Shown: positions 8,047-16,541, counted from the stretch's first letter. The stretch is 64,000 nucleotides of DNA from an uncultured Gammaproteobacteria bacterium (GCA_965230935.1 OZ246400.1:4090-68089), one strand, 5' to 3'. The notes: a model not told the origin generated them from the letters alone. Made by a program: numbers and translations.

Positions 8047-8090
8047 TTTGTAAACCGTAGGTACTGGGTTCGAGTCCCAGAGGTGGCTCA
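8047..8090 (+). repeat. attR-like direct repeat: displaced copy of the tRNA-Thr 3' half
   Basis: 42 of 44 bp are identical to 5969-6012, and the two mismatches are compensatory within the T-stem. Confidence 0.75.
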
Positions 8091-8139
8091 AGGAAGGATA
8101 AAAAAGCCATGGGGACGTAGTGAGCGAAAGCGAACGTCT

Positions 8140-8161
8140 GTCCCAGAGGTGGCTCAAGGAG
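8140..8161 (+). repeat. second tandem copy of the tRNA 3' terminus (GTCCCAGAGGTGGCTCAAGGAG)
   Basis: 21 of 22 bp match 8074-8095, about 45 bp downstream. The intervening sequence contains a GGACG/CGTCC hairpin. Confidence 0.6.
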
Positions 8162-8174
8162 TAACCAAAATACT

Positions 8175-8330
8175 ATGTCACAAGATAATCTGACTAGAAT
8201 GGAGTGTACTGGGTGCCAGCAAGTAACCCATCACACCAAGAAAAATAAAAAGAAGCTTAAAGACCGCCTTACCCTCAAAAAGGGGTGTAAGTTTTGTGGT
8301 AAGCATACCGACCACAAGGAGACGAAGTAA
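8175..8330 (+). CDS. rpmG: 50S ribosomal protein L33 (zinc-ribbon form)
   Basis: 51-aa ORF MSQDNLTRMECTGCQQVTHHTKKNKKKLKDRLTLKKGCKFCGKHTDHKETK. It matches the L33 pattern ..C..C....TKKNKRN....LELKK.C..C.KHT.H.E.K. It is absent from the ORF track because it is under 60 aa. Confidence 0.85.
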   Translation: MSQDNLTRMECTGCQQVTHHTKKNKKKLKDRLTLKKGCKFCGKHTDHKETK

Positions 8331-8377
8331 TACGGTTGAGACAAGAGAGAAAGCGTGCTACAATGCCATAATATTTT

Positions 8378-8827
8378 ATGGCATTTCGCATATGTACAAC
8401 GTGTTTCGTCAAAAAGCCTGTAGAACATTTTAGTGTACGAGATATTCGGATCGGTCGGCGACATCGAGTATGTAAGATGTGTCACAAAACGTATCGTCGT
8501 AAGCATTACCTGCGTAATAAAGAGAAGTACATTAAAAAGGCGCGCAGGTGGAATGGGAAACAACGTAAGAGTATAGAAGATTTTTTATTCCGATATTTAT
8601 CAAAACACCCTTGTATTGATTGTGGGGAGGGTGACGTGGTGGTACTTGATTTTGATCATCGCTATGATAAGCGCATGGCGATCACGCAGATGATGAAGAA
8701 TTGCTACGCACTTGAAACGATCAAGAAAGAGATAAAGAAATGTGAAGTTCGTTGTGCTAATTGCCATAGAAGGCGAACTGCTATAGAATGTGGGTACTGG
8801 AAAATTAAACGTCAATTGGGCCCATAG
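8378..8827 (+). CDS. HNH endonuclease (free-standing, homing-endonuclease-like)
   Basis: N-terminal Cys-rich zinc-binding region (CTTCF...CKMCH), then an HNH core CIDCGE...LDFDHRYDK...CANCHRRRT. Confidence 0.8.
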   Translation: MAFRICTTCFVKKPVEHFSVRDIRIGRRHRVCKMCHKTYRRKHYLRNKEKYIKKARRWNGKQRKSIEDFLFRYLSKHPCIDCGEGDVVVLDFDHRYDKRMAITQMMKNCYALETIKKEIKKCEVRCANCHRRRTAIECGYWKIKRQLGP

Positions 8828-8897
8828 TTTCAATTGGCAAAACGCAAGTCTCCAAAACTTGAGTTCTTCGTTCAAATCGAAGTGGGCCTGCCAATCT

Positions 8898-8926
8898 AAA
8901 ACACCCCTCGCTGAGGGGTGTTTTTA
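8898..8926 (+). terminator. rho-independent terminator (bidirectional-looking)
   Basis: A-tract, then stem CACCCCTC / GAGGGGTG, then TTTTT (aaaacacccctcgctgaggggtgttttt). Confidence 0.75.
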
Positions 8927-8942
8927 TATCACGTTTCAAATA

Positions 8943-9152
8943 CTAATATTCATCCTCATCAAAATCTTTCTTTTTCGTCCATTCAATTTTGCCATCAGTA
9001 CTGATCTTGGCTAAGAACCACATCAGAATTGGTAGACCAATGATGAGAGCAAGTAAGGTAATTACGCCTTGAGTTTCTGTCATAGAATGTGATATCTGTT
9101 TGCCTTGATCATACCGGAACAAGTGGAAATGTTCAACCAATCCTGTTACCAT
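8943..9152 (-). CDS. possible small membrane protein
   Basis: One predicted TM helix (VITLLALIIGLPILMWFLA). No Shine-Dalgarno. It overlaps the 5' end of the frame of the next + strand gene. Confidence 0.3.
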   Translation of the reverse strand: MVTGLVEHFHLFRYDQGKQISHSMTETQGVITLLALIIGLPILMWFLAKISTDGKIEWTKKKDFDEDEY

Positions 9153-9161
9153 ACCAATACT

Positions 9162-10004
9162 ATGCAGCAGTCCAAATCTACGATAGCAAAAAATATTAGA
9201 GCAGCAGAACTTGCCGTGCTTAAAAAGCAGTGGTGGCTTTGGGTGCCGCTTTGGCTCATTGTTGTTACAATCATTGCGCTTGAAGTGAGCGCGAGTTCTG
9301 GCGAAAGTTCATTTGGTATTTTTCTCGCCTTTGTCTTATTTGGAGTAATGATGTGGCGGGTGCAACATGTGCGTGGTGATTTTTGGAAAGCGTTCGCGTT
9401 AGAACACGGGCTGGTATATAACAAAAGGGGATCAACTGATGATGAAAAAGGATTGATATTCAATCAAAAAGATCACGCTGCTTTCACCAGTTATAGCCAC
9501 ATCTATCATCTGCTCACTGGAACTCACCGTGGCCGCCTAATGCGCATGTTTGAGTTAACCTTTACTCAAAAGATAGGGAAGCATGAGAAAAAATATTGGT
9601 TTACGGTTTTTGAACTAACAATGAAAGGAACCTTTCCCCACATATATTTGAACTATAAGCATGATGGTTACGTGGCAAAAATGAAAGGAAATGTTACTAA
9701 GATTCCACTACCAGGTGACGTCGCCAATCAGTACACACTTTACGCTCCACATCAGTATGAAATTGAAGCACTGGAAATTTTTACCCAGTCAATTTTCCAA
9801 TTTTTGTTGGATGGTCAATTTTCGCTCGATGTTGAAATCATTGATGGTGAAGTAATCTTTTATCGACACAAGCGAGTGAATAGTCGGGAGGAGCTTGAAG
9901 AAGCGTTTACCCATGCTGCAGCGCTTTTTGAAAAAATTGCGGCGCGTCTTGATCGGTCAAAATTGTACACCATTGGTGACCATCCGCATGAGATAACGCA
10001 ATAA
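9162..10004 (+). CDS. hypothetical membrane protein (two N-terminal TM helices, soluble C-domain)
   Basis: Open frame from TTG 9105. ATG 9162 was chosen as the start. TM segments WWLWVPLWLIVVTIIALEV and FGIFLAFVLFGVMMW. Immediately followed by an ABC transporter pair. Confidence 0.6.
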   Translation: MQQSKSTIAKNIRAAELAVLKKQWWLWVPLWLIVVTIIALEVSASSGESSFGIFLAFVLFGVMMWRVQHVRGDFWKAFALEHGLVYNKRGSTDDEKGLIFNQKDHAAFTSYSHIYHLLTGTHRGRLMRMFELTFTQKIGKHEKKYWFTVFELTMKGTFPHIYLNYKHDGYVAKMKGNVTKIPLPGDVANQYTLYAPHQYEIEALEIFTQSIFQFLLDGQFSLDVEIIDGEVIFYRHKRVNSREELEEAFTHAAALFEKIAARLDRSKLYTIGDHPHEITQ

Positions 10005-10008
10005 TAGT

Positions 10009-10722
10009 ATGCAGGCACTTAGTGTTTCTCACTTTACCAAACGATATGGAAAAAATTTGGCTGTAGATAACCTATCTTTTACGGTTGCGCCAGGTGAGTT
10101 TTTTGGATTTTTGGGTCCTAATGGAGCCGGAAAAACAACTACGATTAGTGCCATTACCGGAACCGTGAGATTTTCAGAAGGGGCTATCATGGTATTTGGC
10201 ACTGATGTGCAGAATAATTATCGTGAAGCTCGTAAAAAAATTGGCGTATCACCACAAGAGTTTAATGTTGATATATTTGCTACAGCGGAAAAGATCCTTT
10301 GGTACGCTGGTGGGTATTATGGGATGAATAAGACAAAACGTCGTGACCGGATCAAGACCCTGTTTGAAATATTAGAACTCACTGCTCATGCACATAAACG
10401 GTTTAAAGAGTTATCCGGGGGGCTCAAGCGAAGAGTCATGTTGGCGCGTGCCATGATTCATGATCCTGAGATATTGATTCTTGATGAACCAACAGCAGGA
10501 GTTGATGTGGAGTTATGTCAACAATTGTGGAAGTACTTACAAGAAATTAATGCACAAGGTAAGACGGTGATTCTTACCTCACATTATCTTGAGGAGGTCG
10601 AACTTCTTTGCAATCGTATTGGTGTTATCGCGAATGGAAAGTTGGTTGGCATTGATTCCAAAGATGCTTTTGTGCGCCATGGAAGTCTTGAGCAAGAATA
10701 CTTGCGTCTGACGCAATCATGA
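10009..10722 (+). CDS. ABC transporter ATP-binding protein
   Basis: Walker A GPNGAGKTT, signature LSGGLKRR, Walker B ILILDEPTAGVD. Confidence 0.9.
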   Translation: MQALSVSHFTKRYGKNLAVDNLSFTVAPGEFFGFLGPNGAGKTTTISAITGTVRFSEGAIMVFGTDVQNNYREARKKIGVSPQEFNVDIFATAEKILWYAGGYYGMNKTKRRDRIKTLFEILELTAHAHKRFKELSGGLKRRVMLARAMIHDPEILILDEPTAGVDVELCQQLWKYLQEINAQGKTVILTSHYLEEVELLCNRIGVIANGKLVGIDSKDAFVRHGSLEQEYLRLTQS

Positions 10723-11489
10723 ATAATATGAACTGGATTGGCCTACACACAATCATTATTCGTGAAATCCAGCGTTTTTTGCGAGTGGCTATACAAACAT
10801 TGGTCAGTCCATGGATTTCTGCTGCGTTGTATATTTTTGTGTTCGGGTTTATTGTGGGATCGAGAATCGCAGAGATCAATGGGGTGCGCTATATTGAATT
10901 TGTGATGCCAGGAGTACTTATGCTAAACGTTATTTCTTCGTCATTTTCTCAAACAAGTTCTTCATTATACTTTGGAAAGTTTGTTCGTTACATTGAGGAG
11001 ATGCTTGTTGCTCCTCTTTCTAGTATTGAGATCGTCACTGGATTCTTGGTAGGAGGAATTGTTCGTGGGGTCGCAGTTGGCATAGGGGTTTACGCGATCG
11101 CGATATTTTTTGGTGCAGCTGGGATTGAGCACCCAATACTCTTTTTGTTATATAGTGTTGTTGTTGCAGCTATTTTTTCACTGCTCGGATTACTAATCGG
11201 GTTATGGTCTGATAGTTTTGAACAGCTCTCAATGCTTAATACATTTGTCATCACGCCGCTTACATTTCTTGGTGGGGTGTTTAACTCCATTGACATGCTT
11301 CCGACAACATTGCAGAGTGTTATGCGATTTAATCCATTTTTTTATTTTGTCGACGGATTACGGTACTCAATGACTGGAATTCAAGAGTCCAATCTTTTTA
11401 TAGGATGGGTGTTGATAAGTTTTTTACTAATTAGTTTTGGATTCTGGGTTTGGGTGCTTTTTTCTCGTGGGTACAAGATTCGTTCTTAA
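10719..11489 (+). CDS. ABC-2 type transporter permease
   Basis: ATGA start/stop overlap with the ATPase gene. Six predicted TM segments with ABC-2 family topology. Confidence 0.8.
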   Translation: MNNMNWIGLHTIIIREIQRFLRVAIQTLVSPWISAALYIFVFGFIVGSRIAEINGVRYIEFVMPGVLMLNVISSSFSQTSSSLYFGKFVRYIEEMLVAPLSSIEIVTGFLVGGIVRGVAVGIGVYAIAIFFGAAGIEHPILFLLYSVVVAAIFSLLGLLIGLWSDSFEQLSMLNTFVITPLTFLGGVFNSIDMLPTTLQSVMRFNPFFYFVDGLRYSMTGIQESNLFIGWVLISFLLISFGFWVWVLFSRGYKIRS

Positions 11490-11496
11490 GTGATCT

Positions 11497-12000
11497 ATGA
11501 GTGGTACGACACATGCAATGGTTGGGGCAAACGCAGTTTGGCTGACCACCATAACTCTTGATCCGGCAGTAAATGAACAGACGATCATGTTGATCGCAGT
11601 AGGCGCATTCGTGGCGCTCCTACCTGATATTGAGGCCAAGCAGGCAAAGATACATTTTTTAGGTAAAGGAGTGCTTCGTCCATTCCAGGGCATGTTCCGA
11701 CATCGGGGGTTTACCCATTCCTTTTTAGCGATAGGGCTCGTATTTTTAATCAGTTATCTTGTCTTGCATGAGGTAAATATATGGTTACCGTGGGTAATTA
11801 CAACAAGCTATGCCAGCCATTCGATTATTGATGGACTGAACTACCCTGGTGTTAAGTATTGCTTCCCGTGGCGAAAACGCATCCGCCTTGTTCCAAAAAT
11901 ATTAGCAACAAAAGTAAAAGGTCCAGTTGATCAAGGATTATTTATAATTTCTACAATGACATTATTATTTTTTGTCCTTCAAGGTGTGTACTCATTATGA
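11497..12000 (+). CDS. membrane-bound metal-dependent hydrolase (DUF457/YdjM-like)
   Basis: Small polytopic membrane protein with a His-rich N-terminus (TTHAMVG) and a conserved IIDGLN segment typical of DUF457. Confidence 0.65.
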   Translation: MSGTTHAMVGANAVWLTTITLDPAVNEQTIMLIAVGAFVALLPDIEAKQAKIHFLGKGVLRPFQGMFRHRGFTHSFLAIGLVFLISYLVLHEVNIWLPWVITTSYASHSIIDGLNYPGVKYCFPWRKRIRLVPKILATKVKGPVDQGLFIISTMTLLFFVLQGVYSL

Positions 12001-12473
12001 AAAAGGAATATGCAACGTTTGGTGCGGGTTGTTTTTGGGGAGTAGAGGAGATGTTTCGTGTTTTGCCGGGAGTGCTCAATACCACAGTTGGATTTATGGG
12101 CGGGAATGTTGATGATCCATCGTATGAACAGGTTTGTACAACTGAGACTGGTCATGCTGAGGTAGTGCATATTGAATTTGATCCAAAGATTATCTCTTAC
12201 ACAGAACTTCTCGATGTATTTTGGGAGGCTCACGATCCAACACAATTGAACCGACAAGGTGCTGATATTGGTACACAGTATCGTTCTGTTATCTTTTACT
12301 ATTCAGCAGAACAGCAAAAACAAGCGACACAATCAAAAAAAGTACTGGAGTCATCAGCACAATTTTTTCGTCTCATTGTTACCCAAATTGTTCCTGCTGC
12401 TGATTTTTTTAAAGCAGAAGAACACCATCAACAGTATCTTGCTAAGCGTGGGAAGGGGAGTTGTGTAACCTAG
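11997..12473 (+). CDS. msrA: peptide methionine sulfoxide reductase MsrA
   Basis: GAGCFWGVEE active-site motif followed by VGFMGG; 158 aa. ATGA overlap with the upstream gene. Confidence 0.9.
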   Translation: MKKEYATFGAGCFWGVEEMFRVLPGVLNTTVGFMGGNVDDPSYEQVCTTETGHAEVVHIEFDPKIISYTELLDVFWEAHDPTQLNRQGADIGTQYRSVIFYYSAEQQKQATQSKKVLESSAQFFRLIVTQIVPAADFFKAEEHHQQYLAKRGKGSCVT

Positions 12474-13678
12474 TGAAGACTTTTAAGTGGTACATCAGCC
12501 CACTGGGCAACCACTTTTTTGATCTCATCTGAGCCCACTTTAGGGCGACCAGGAGATTTGGTAAGGTCTTTTTCAATCTCTTCAATGCGTTTCACTGTTG
12601 CTACCATGGTTTTGCGGATTTTGTTGAGTTCCTCTTTCGTATTGCGTTCTTTTTCTTGTGATTTGAGGTTAGATAACTTTTCTTTAAGTGCCATCAACTC
12701 TTTAGGACAGTCATCAAATTCACACCGTGCTTGGTATGACGCGTCGTGCAATAGCGCAACTGCTGACTCTGGTGCGCTACTTTCGCGGACTTTAACCGCA
12801 GCGCTGGCCTCGTCAATCAAGTCAATCGCCTTATCTGGGAGTTTACGATTGGTAATGTACTCAGCAGATAATCGCACGGCATCACGTACTGCTTCATCTT
12901 CAATCTCAACATCATGATAATCTTCGTAATTAACTTTTACTCCCATGAGGATTGTGATTGCTTCTTCAACACTTGGTTCGTCAACCGTAATCACTTGAAA
13001 TCGTCGCTCCAATGTCTCGTCTGGTTTAATGTACTCTTCGTATTCTTTAAGACTAGTCGCGCCAATCAATTGCAGCTCACCGCGCGCAAGTGCCGGTTTG
13101 AGAATATCAGTGAAGTTTACTGCGCCCTCTGTTCCTTTGGTTTGAATCAGCATGTGAATCTCATCAATAAACAGGATAATCGTGCGATTCGCCGCTTTGA
13201 TCTGTCCGATCAATTGTTGGATACGCTTTTCAAACTCACCACGATATTTTGTACCGGCAAGTAGCTCAGTAACTTGTAAGGCAAGCACTTGTTTATTTTT
13301 AAGATTCGCCGGGATGTCTCCGGTAGCGATCTTAAATGCTAGCCCTTCAACAATAGCAGTTTTCCCAACACCAGCTGGACCAACCAATAGGGGGTTGTTT
13401 TTGGTACGACGAGACAAGATATGAATTGCGCGCCTGATTTCGTCTTCGCGTCCAATTACCGGATCAACTTCACCTTCGTTGGCATCTCGCGTGACATTGA
13501 TACAAAACGGAAGATCACCTGGCTTGGTGCTCATCCCATTTCCCAGCTTGGGGAGCTTGGGCAGTGCAAAGTCTCCTTGACGCATATAGCGATACACAAA
13601 GAAGAATAACAACGCCGCAAGAATAAAGTAGAATACTGGCGTGATGCTGGTGCCAAATTCTGGGATGGGGATTTCCAC
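12470..13678 (-). CDS. membrane-anchored ClpA/ClpB-type AAA+ ATPase with a single (D1) nucleotide-binding domain
   Basis: N-terminal TM helix (VFYFILAALLFFFVYRY) replaces the Clp N-domain. DPVIGREDEIRRAIHILSRRTKNNPLLVGPAGVGKTAIVEGLA is a canonical ClpB D1 signature with Walker A. It ends at IKKVVAQWADVPLKSL, exactly where a D2 domain would start, so there is no D2. Confidence 0.75.
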   Translation of the reverse strand: MEIPIPEFGTSITPVFYFILAALLFFFVYRYMRQGDFALPKLPKLGNGMSTKPGDLPFCINVTRDANEGEVDPVIGREDEIRRAIHILSRRTKNNPLLVGPAGVGKTAIVEGLAFKIATGDIPANLKNKQVLALQVTELLAGTKYRGEFEKRIQQLIGQIKAANRTIILFIDEIHMLIQTKGTEGAVNFTDILKPALARGELQLIGATSLKEYEEYIKPDETLERRFQVITVDEPSVEEAITILMGVKVNYEDYHDVEIEDEAVRDAVRLSAEYITNRKLPDKAIDLIDEASAAVKVRESSAPESAVALLHDASYQARCEFDDCPKELMALKEKLSNLKSQEKERNTKEELNKIRKTMVATVKRIEEIEKDLTKSPGRPKVGSDEIKKVVAQWADVPLKSLH

Positions 13679-13695
13679 ACTACGGAGCTACAGGA

Positions 13696-14871
13696 TTAAA
13701 AGGAAAGACACTTGACTTGCGGGCTCACTTTAAATGGGAATTCTTTTACTGATCCTGGATATGACCAATTGTTGTCTGGATGGGCATTCACACAAAGTAC
13801 ATCATTCGCTTTTGGTGATAATGCGTACGTGTCTAGGGTTACAAAGAGATCCTCGGTCATTCCGGAATCGATTTCCACTGGATCAAAGGTGAAGGTGATT
13901 GTGCTACTGACCACGTTATATACGTCAGCGAGTGGAACCTCTTTTGCTTGGAGAAGATTTGATGAGAAAATATTGTCCTCATACAATTTTGCTTCAATGG
14001 TGGCTGGTAAGTCTGGTGATGCTGGATCGGTTTTCCACATGGCGGAGTTTACGTTAATTGTAAAACTGTCAAAGGAAATTGGTTTTGCATCTGCAGTCGG
14101 TGGCAATGTTGCATCAAAAATAGCAACTACGTGATCATCTCCATAAGAGCTTGCACCTGACGGCGATGAGTTGTTGTAATTAATGACCGGGTTTGGGAGT
14201 ACTATTTCCGGTTCCTTTTCTGTAATAAACGTTGGATATGAAAATGATTTCCCGATCACTTTTGTGACATTCGCTTCCACATCTTTGCTGTGCACCATGA
14301 ATGCGATTGGTGATCCTTCAAGTGCGGGATTTACATATTCTTTGGGCATGACATCAGCAGTGATGGTGAATTGCGTTAAGGTGCTGGTCGCCAAGAACAT
14401 ATCAAGCTCTTGGAACGTAACTTTTACCCCTTCACTGGTGGCAATTCCCGAGGCAATGGCTGGGATCGTTTTTGGTTTAAAGTCACTATCATAGAAACCG
14501 AAGTCAGACCACAGTTGGAAATTCGTAAATAGTGATGCCGCATCAGCAATCAGTGCTTTGTTGCGTGGGCGAATAATAAGACTTAGCTCATCAACACCAA
14601 CCGGGCCACTTGCTTTCGCAGTCATTTGAAAATCGATCAGCTCTACGGTTTTTTGAGCAAAATGGTATTCCTTTTGTGGTTCTTGTGGTGAAGAATCAAC
14701 CACTTTGATCCAGCTGCGCCCCGGCAGAGTTGCAAACCCGGCAGCAATTGCACCAAAGGCGAGTAACAGCCCTACTGTTACTGTTACTTTTTGTCCAACA
14801 GATGCTTTGGTTGCCACTTGGGTTGCACTTGTAGTTTTTGCACGAGCACGTGAAGTTTTTTTAGTTGGCAT
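13696..14871 (-). CDS. hypothetical type-II membrane-anchored protein with a large extracytoplasmic beta-rich domain
   Basis: Basic N-terminus MPTKKTSRARAK, TM helix VTVGLLLAFGAIAAGFATL, and about 340 extracytoplasmic residues. Upstream and co-directional with the ClpB-D1-like ATPase. Confidence 0.65.
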   Translation of the reverse strand: MPTKKTSRARAKTTSATQVATKASVGQKVTVTVGLLLAFGAIAAGFATLPGRSWIKVVDSSPQEPQKEYHFAQKTVELIDFQMTAKASGPVGVDELSLIIRPRNKALIADAASLFTNFQLWSDFGFYDSDFKPKTIPAIASGIATSEGVKVTFQELDMFLATSTLTQFTITADVMPKEYVNPALEGSPIAFMVHSKDVEANVTKVIGKSFSYPTFITEKEPEIVLPNPVINYNNSSPSGASSYGDDHVVAIFDATLPPTADAKPISFDSFTINVNSAMWKTDPASPDLPATIEAKLYEDNIFSSNLLQAKEVPLADVYNVVSSTITFTFDPVEIDSGMTEDLFVTLDTYALSPKANDVLCVNAHPDNNWSYPGSVKEFPFKVSPQVKCLSF

Positions 14872-14884
14872 ACGACAAAATAAG

Positions 14885-15733
14885 ATGAATAGATTCAGCG
14901 ATAGTATAGCATATTATGGAGATAGTTTGCATGTCACTCTTGGTGCTTACACCAAGGCATGCTATAGTACGCTAACGTCTTTCTTCATGATTATGCGTAA
15001 CCAAGCTAATCATCACGAGCATATGCTGTATGAGCATGCTCGCCAGTGGCTCATGCTTATTGTTCGGTATTGTTTTGCAGATGCAACTGTGGTGTTTACC
15101 GGATCGCATGAAAAAGGTACCGCCATCTCGCCACTTACTGATATTGATTGTTTAGTGGTGTTTGTTGATCAAACCTATCGATCTGATGATCCAGCAGAAT
15201 TTATGAGGTGGTTCATGAACGCGTTGTCTCAACGCGCGCCACATACTTCTATGGTCCTTCGTGCACATGCGATTACTGTCCAGTATTGCGCGCAAATGTA
15301 TATTGATCTTACTCCGGCTATACAAACGAGGTATGGTGGGTACATGATTCCGGAAGTATTTCCGTATACTGTCGCGCGGTGGGTGTACTCAAATCCAGAT
15401 CACCATATTATGCGTTTGCGAAATGAGAATCAGCGGCATCGTGGGATACTCCTTGATATTATTCGACAGGTCAAACAGTGGCGAAATCAACATTGTCCCT
15501 ATATCAAATCGTTTCATTTGGAAAGTTTGATTATCGAAAGTTTGCGCCATAAAGATGTTCTTTCCGTAGTACAGGGATGTCAATTATTTTTTGCTCGTGC
15601 TCTGCGATTGTCACAAATGCCATGCCTGCGTGATAGTGCAAATCCAATGCGATTAGTTGATGACTACCTTACCCTTGAACAGCGAGAGGATTTTCTTCAT
15701 CAATTGACTCAAGCGCAGACTTGCATTGCATGA
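14885..15733 (+). CDS. Pol-beta-superfamily nucleotidyltransferase, cGAS/DncV-like (CD-NTase/SMODS-type) motif arrangement
   Basis: [23 protein letters not shown] matches the hG[GS]x9-13DhDh motif. The third-Asp strand MYIDLTPAI matches hDhhPA. A C-terminal helix [10 protein letters not shown]...[11 protein letters not shown] resembles the conserved K-S-x-h-h-E-h-L helix of CD-NTases/OAS/Mab21. The frame is open from 14705; the ATG at 14885 was chosen. Confidence 0.65.
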   Translation: MNRFSDSIAYYGDSLHVTLGAYTKACYSTLTSFFMIMRNQANHHEHMLYEHARQWLMLIVRYCFADATVVFTGSHEKGTAISPLTDIDCLVVFVDQTYRSDDPAEFMRWFMNALSQRAPHTSMVLRAHAITVQYCAQMYIDLTPAIQTRYGGYMIPEVFPYTVARWVYSNPDHHIMRLRNENQRHRGILLDIIRQVKQWRNQHCPYIKSFHLESLIIESLRHKDVLSVVQGCQLFFARALRLSQMPCLRDSANPMRLVDDYLTLEQREDFLHQLTQAQTCIA

Positions 15734-15768
15734 GATATGTAGTACAATCTATCTACTTACTATTACTT

Positions 15769-16440
15769 ATGCGCATTTCATTATCGTTATTTTTACTCGC
15801 AATGGTATTGGTCGGGGCAGGGTGCGTCGGCACACAAGAGCCAGCACCGTCTCGAGCAGTACCACTTGATTATAATTCATCAAAAACGCAAGATACGTCT
15901 ATGAATACTCCGGCACAACCAGACATTACACCAGATGCTGACACTGATGTGGCAGTCGAAGCAGCCACTGCTATTATCAAAACCTCGCTTGGTGACATTA
16001 CCGTAGAATTTTTTGCTCAAGATTCACCAAAAACCGTTGCAAACTTTGTGAAGCTTGCCAGCGATGGATTTTATGATGGTATAAAGTTCCACCGCATTAT
16101 CTCAGATTTTATGGTTCAGGCTGGTGATCCACTGACAAAAGACGATAGTAAACAACCATTGTGGGGGACTGGTGGCCCAGGATATGAGTTTGCTGATGAG
16201 TTTAACTCTCATCCGCTGGTGCGCGGATCATTGGCAATGGCCAACTCAGGGCCAAACACCAATGGAAGCCAGTTTTTTATCGTGACTGCTGAGGCGACCC
16301 CATGGCTTGATGGCAATCACACGAATTTTGGTCGGGTGGTTGACGGGATGGATGTGTTGGATAAGTTGAATGTGGTAGCAACCGAAGGTCCTGATCGTCC
16401 GGTTGAGCCAGTGGTGATTGAAGGAGTAAAAGTACAATAA
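15769..16440 (+). CDS. cyclophilin-type peptidyl-prolyl cis-trans isomerase, probable lipoprotein
   Basis: Signal peptide with Cys ([12 protein letters not shown]). Cyclophilin core [15 protein letters not shown]...[19 protein letters not shown]. Start could be ATG 15730. Confidence 0.85.
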   Translation: MRISLSLFLLAMVLVGAGCVGTQEPAPSRAVPLDYNSSKTQDTSMNTPAQPDITPDADTDVAVEAATAIIKTSLGDITVEFFAQDSPKTVANFVKLASDGFYDGIKFHRIISDFMVQAGDPLTKDDSKQPLWGTGGPGYEFADEFNSHPLVRGSLAMANSGPNTNGSQFFIVTAEATPWLDGNHTNFGRVVDGMDVLDKLNVVATEGPDRPVEPVVIEGVKVQ

Positions 16441-16462
16441 TGATCAATTGATTGGAGTGGTA

Positions 16463-16491
16463 AGCGCACACCCATGCGGGTGTGCGCTTTA
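16463..16491 (+). terminator. terminator hairpin
   Basis: AGCGCACACCC / GGGTGTGCGCT 11-bp stem followed by TTT. A TTGACA-17-TAAAGT promoter-like sequence follows, before the HlyD gene. Confidence 0.5.
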
Positions 16492-16541
16492 CATTAAATA
16501 CAATTGACAACATTTCTAAAATTCGCTAAAGTTACGTTCCT

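Larger units (their letters stand above)
5969..8090 (+). mobile_element. putative integrated GC-rich element in the tRNA-Thr 3' half (attL inside the tRNA, attR = 44-bp direct repeat)
   Basis: Bases 5969-6012 (the tRNA from the anticodon loop to the 3' end) are repeated at 8047-8090 with two compensatory T-stem changes (CCGGG/CCCGG versus CTGGG/CCCAG). The intervening DNA is GC-rich and foreign-looking. Confidence 0.55.

Noticed and set aside
15721-15768. Longer N-terminal extension of the cyclophilin gene from TTG 15721 or ATG 15730
   Set aside because: The extension overlaps the NTase 3' end. Starting at ATG 15769 places the lipoprotein-type signal peptide at the extreme N-terminus, which is the more plausible architecture.
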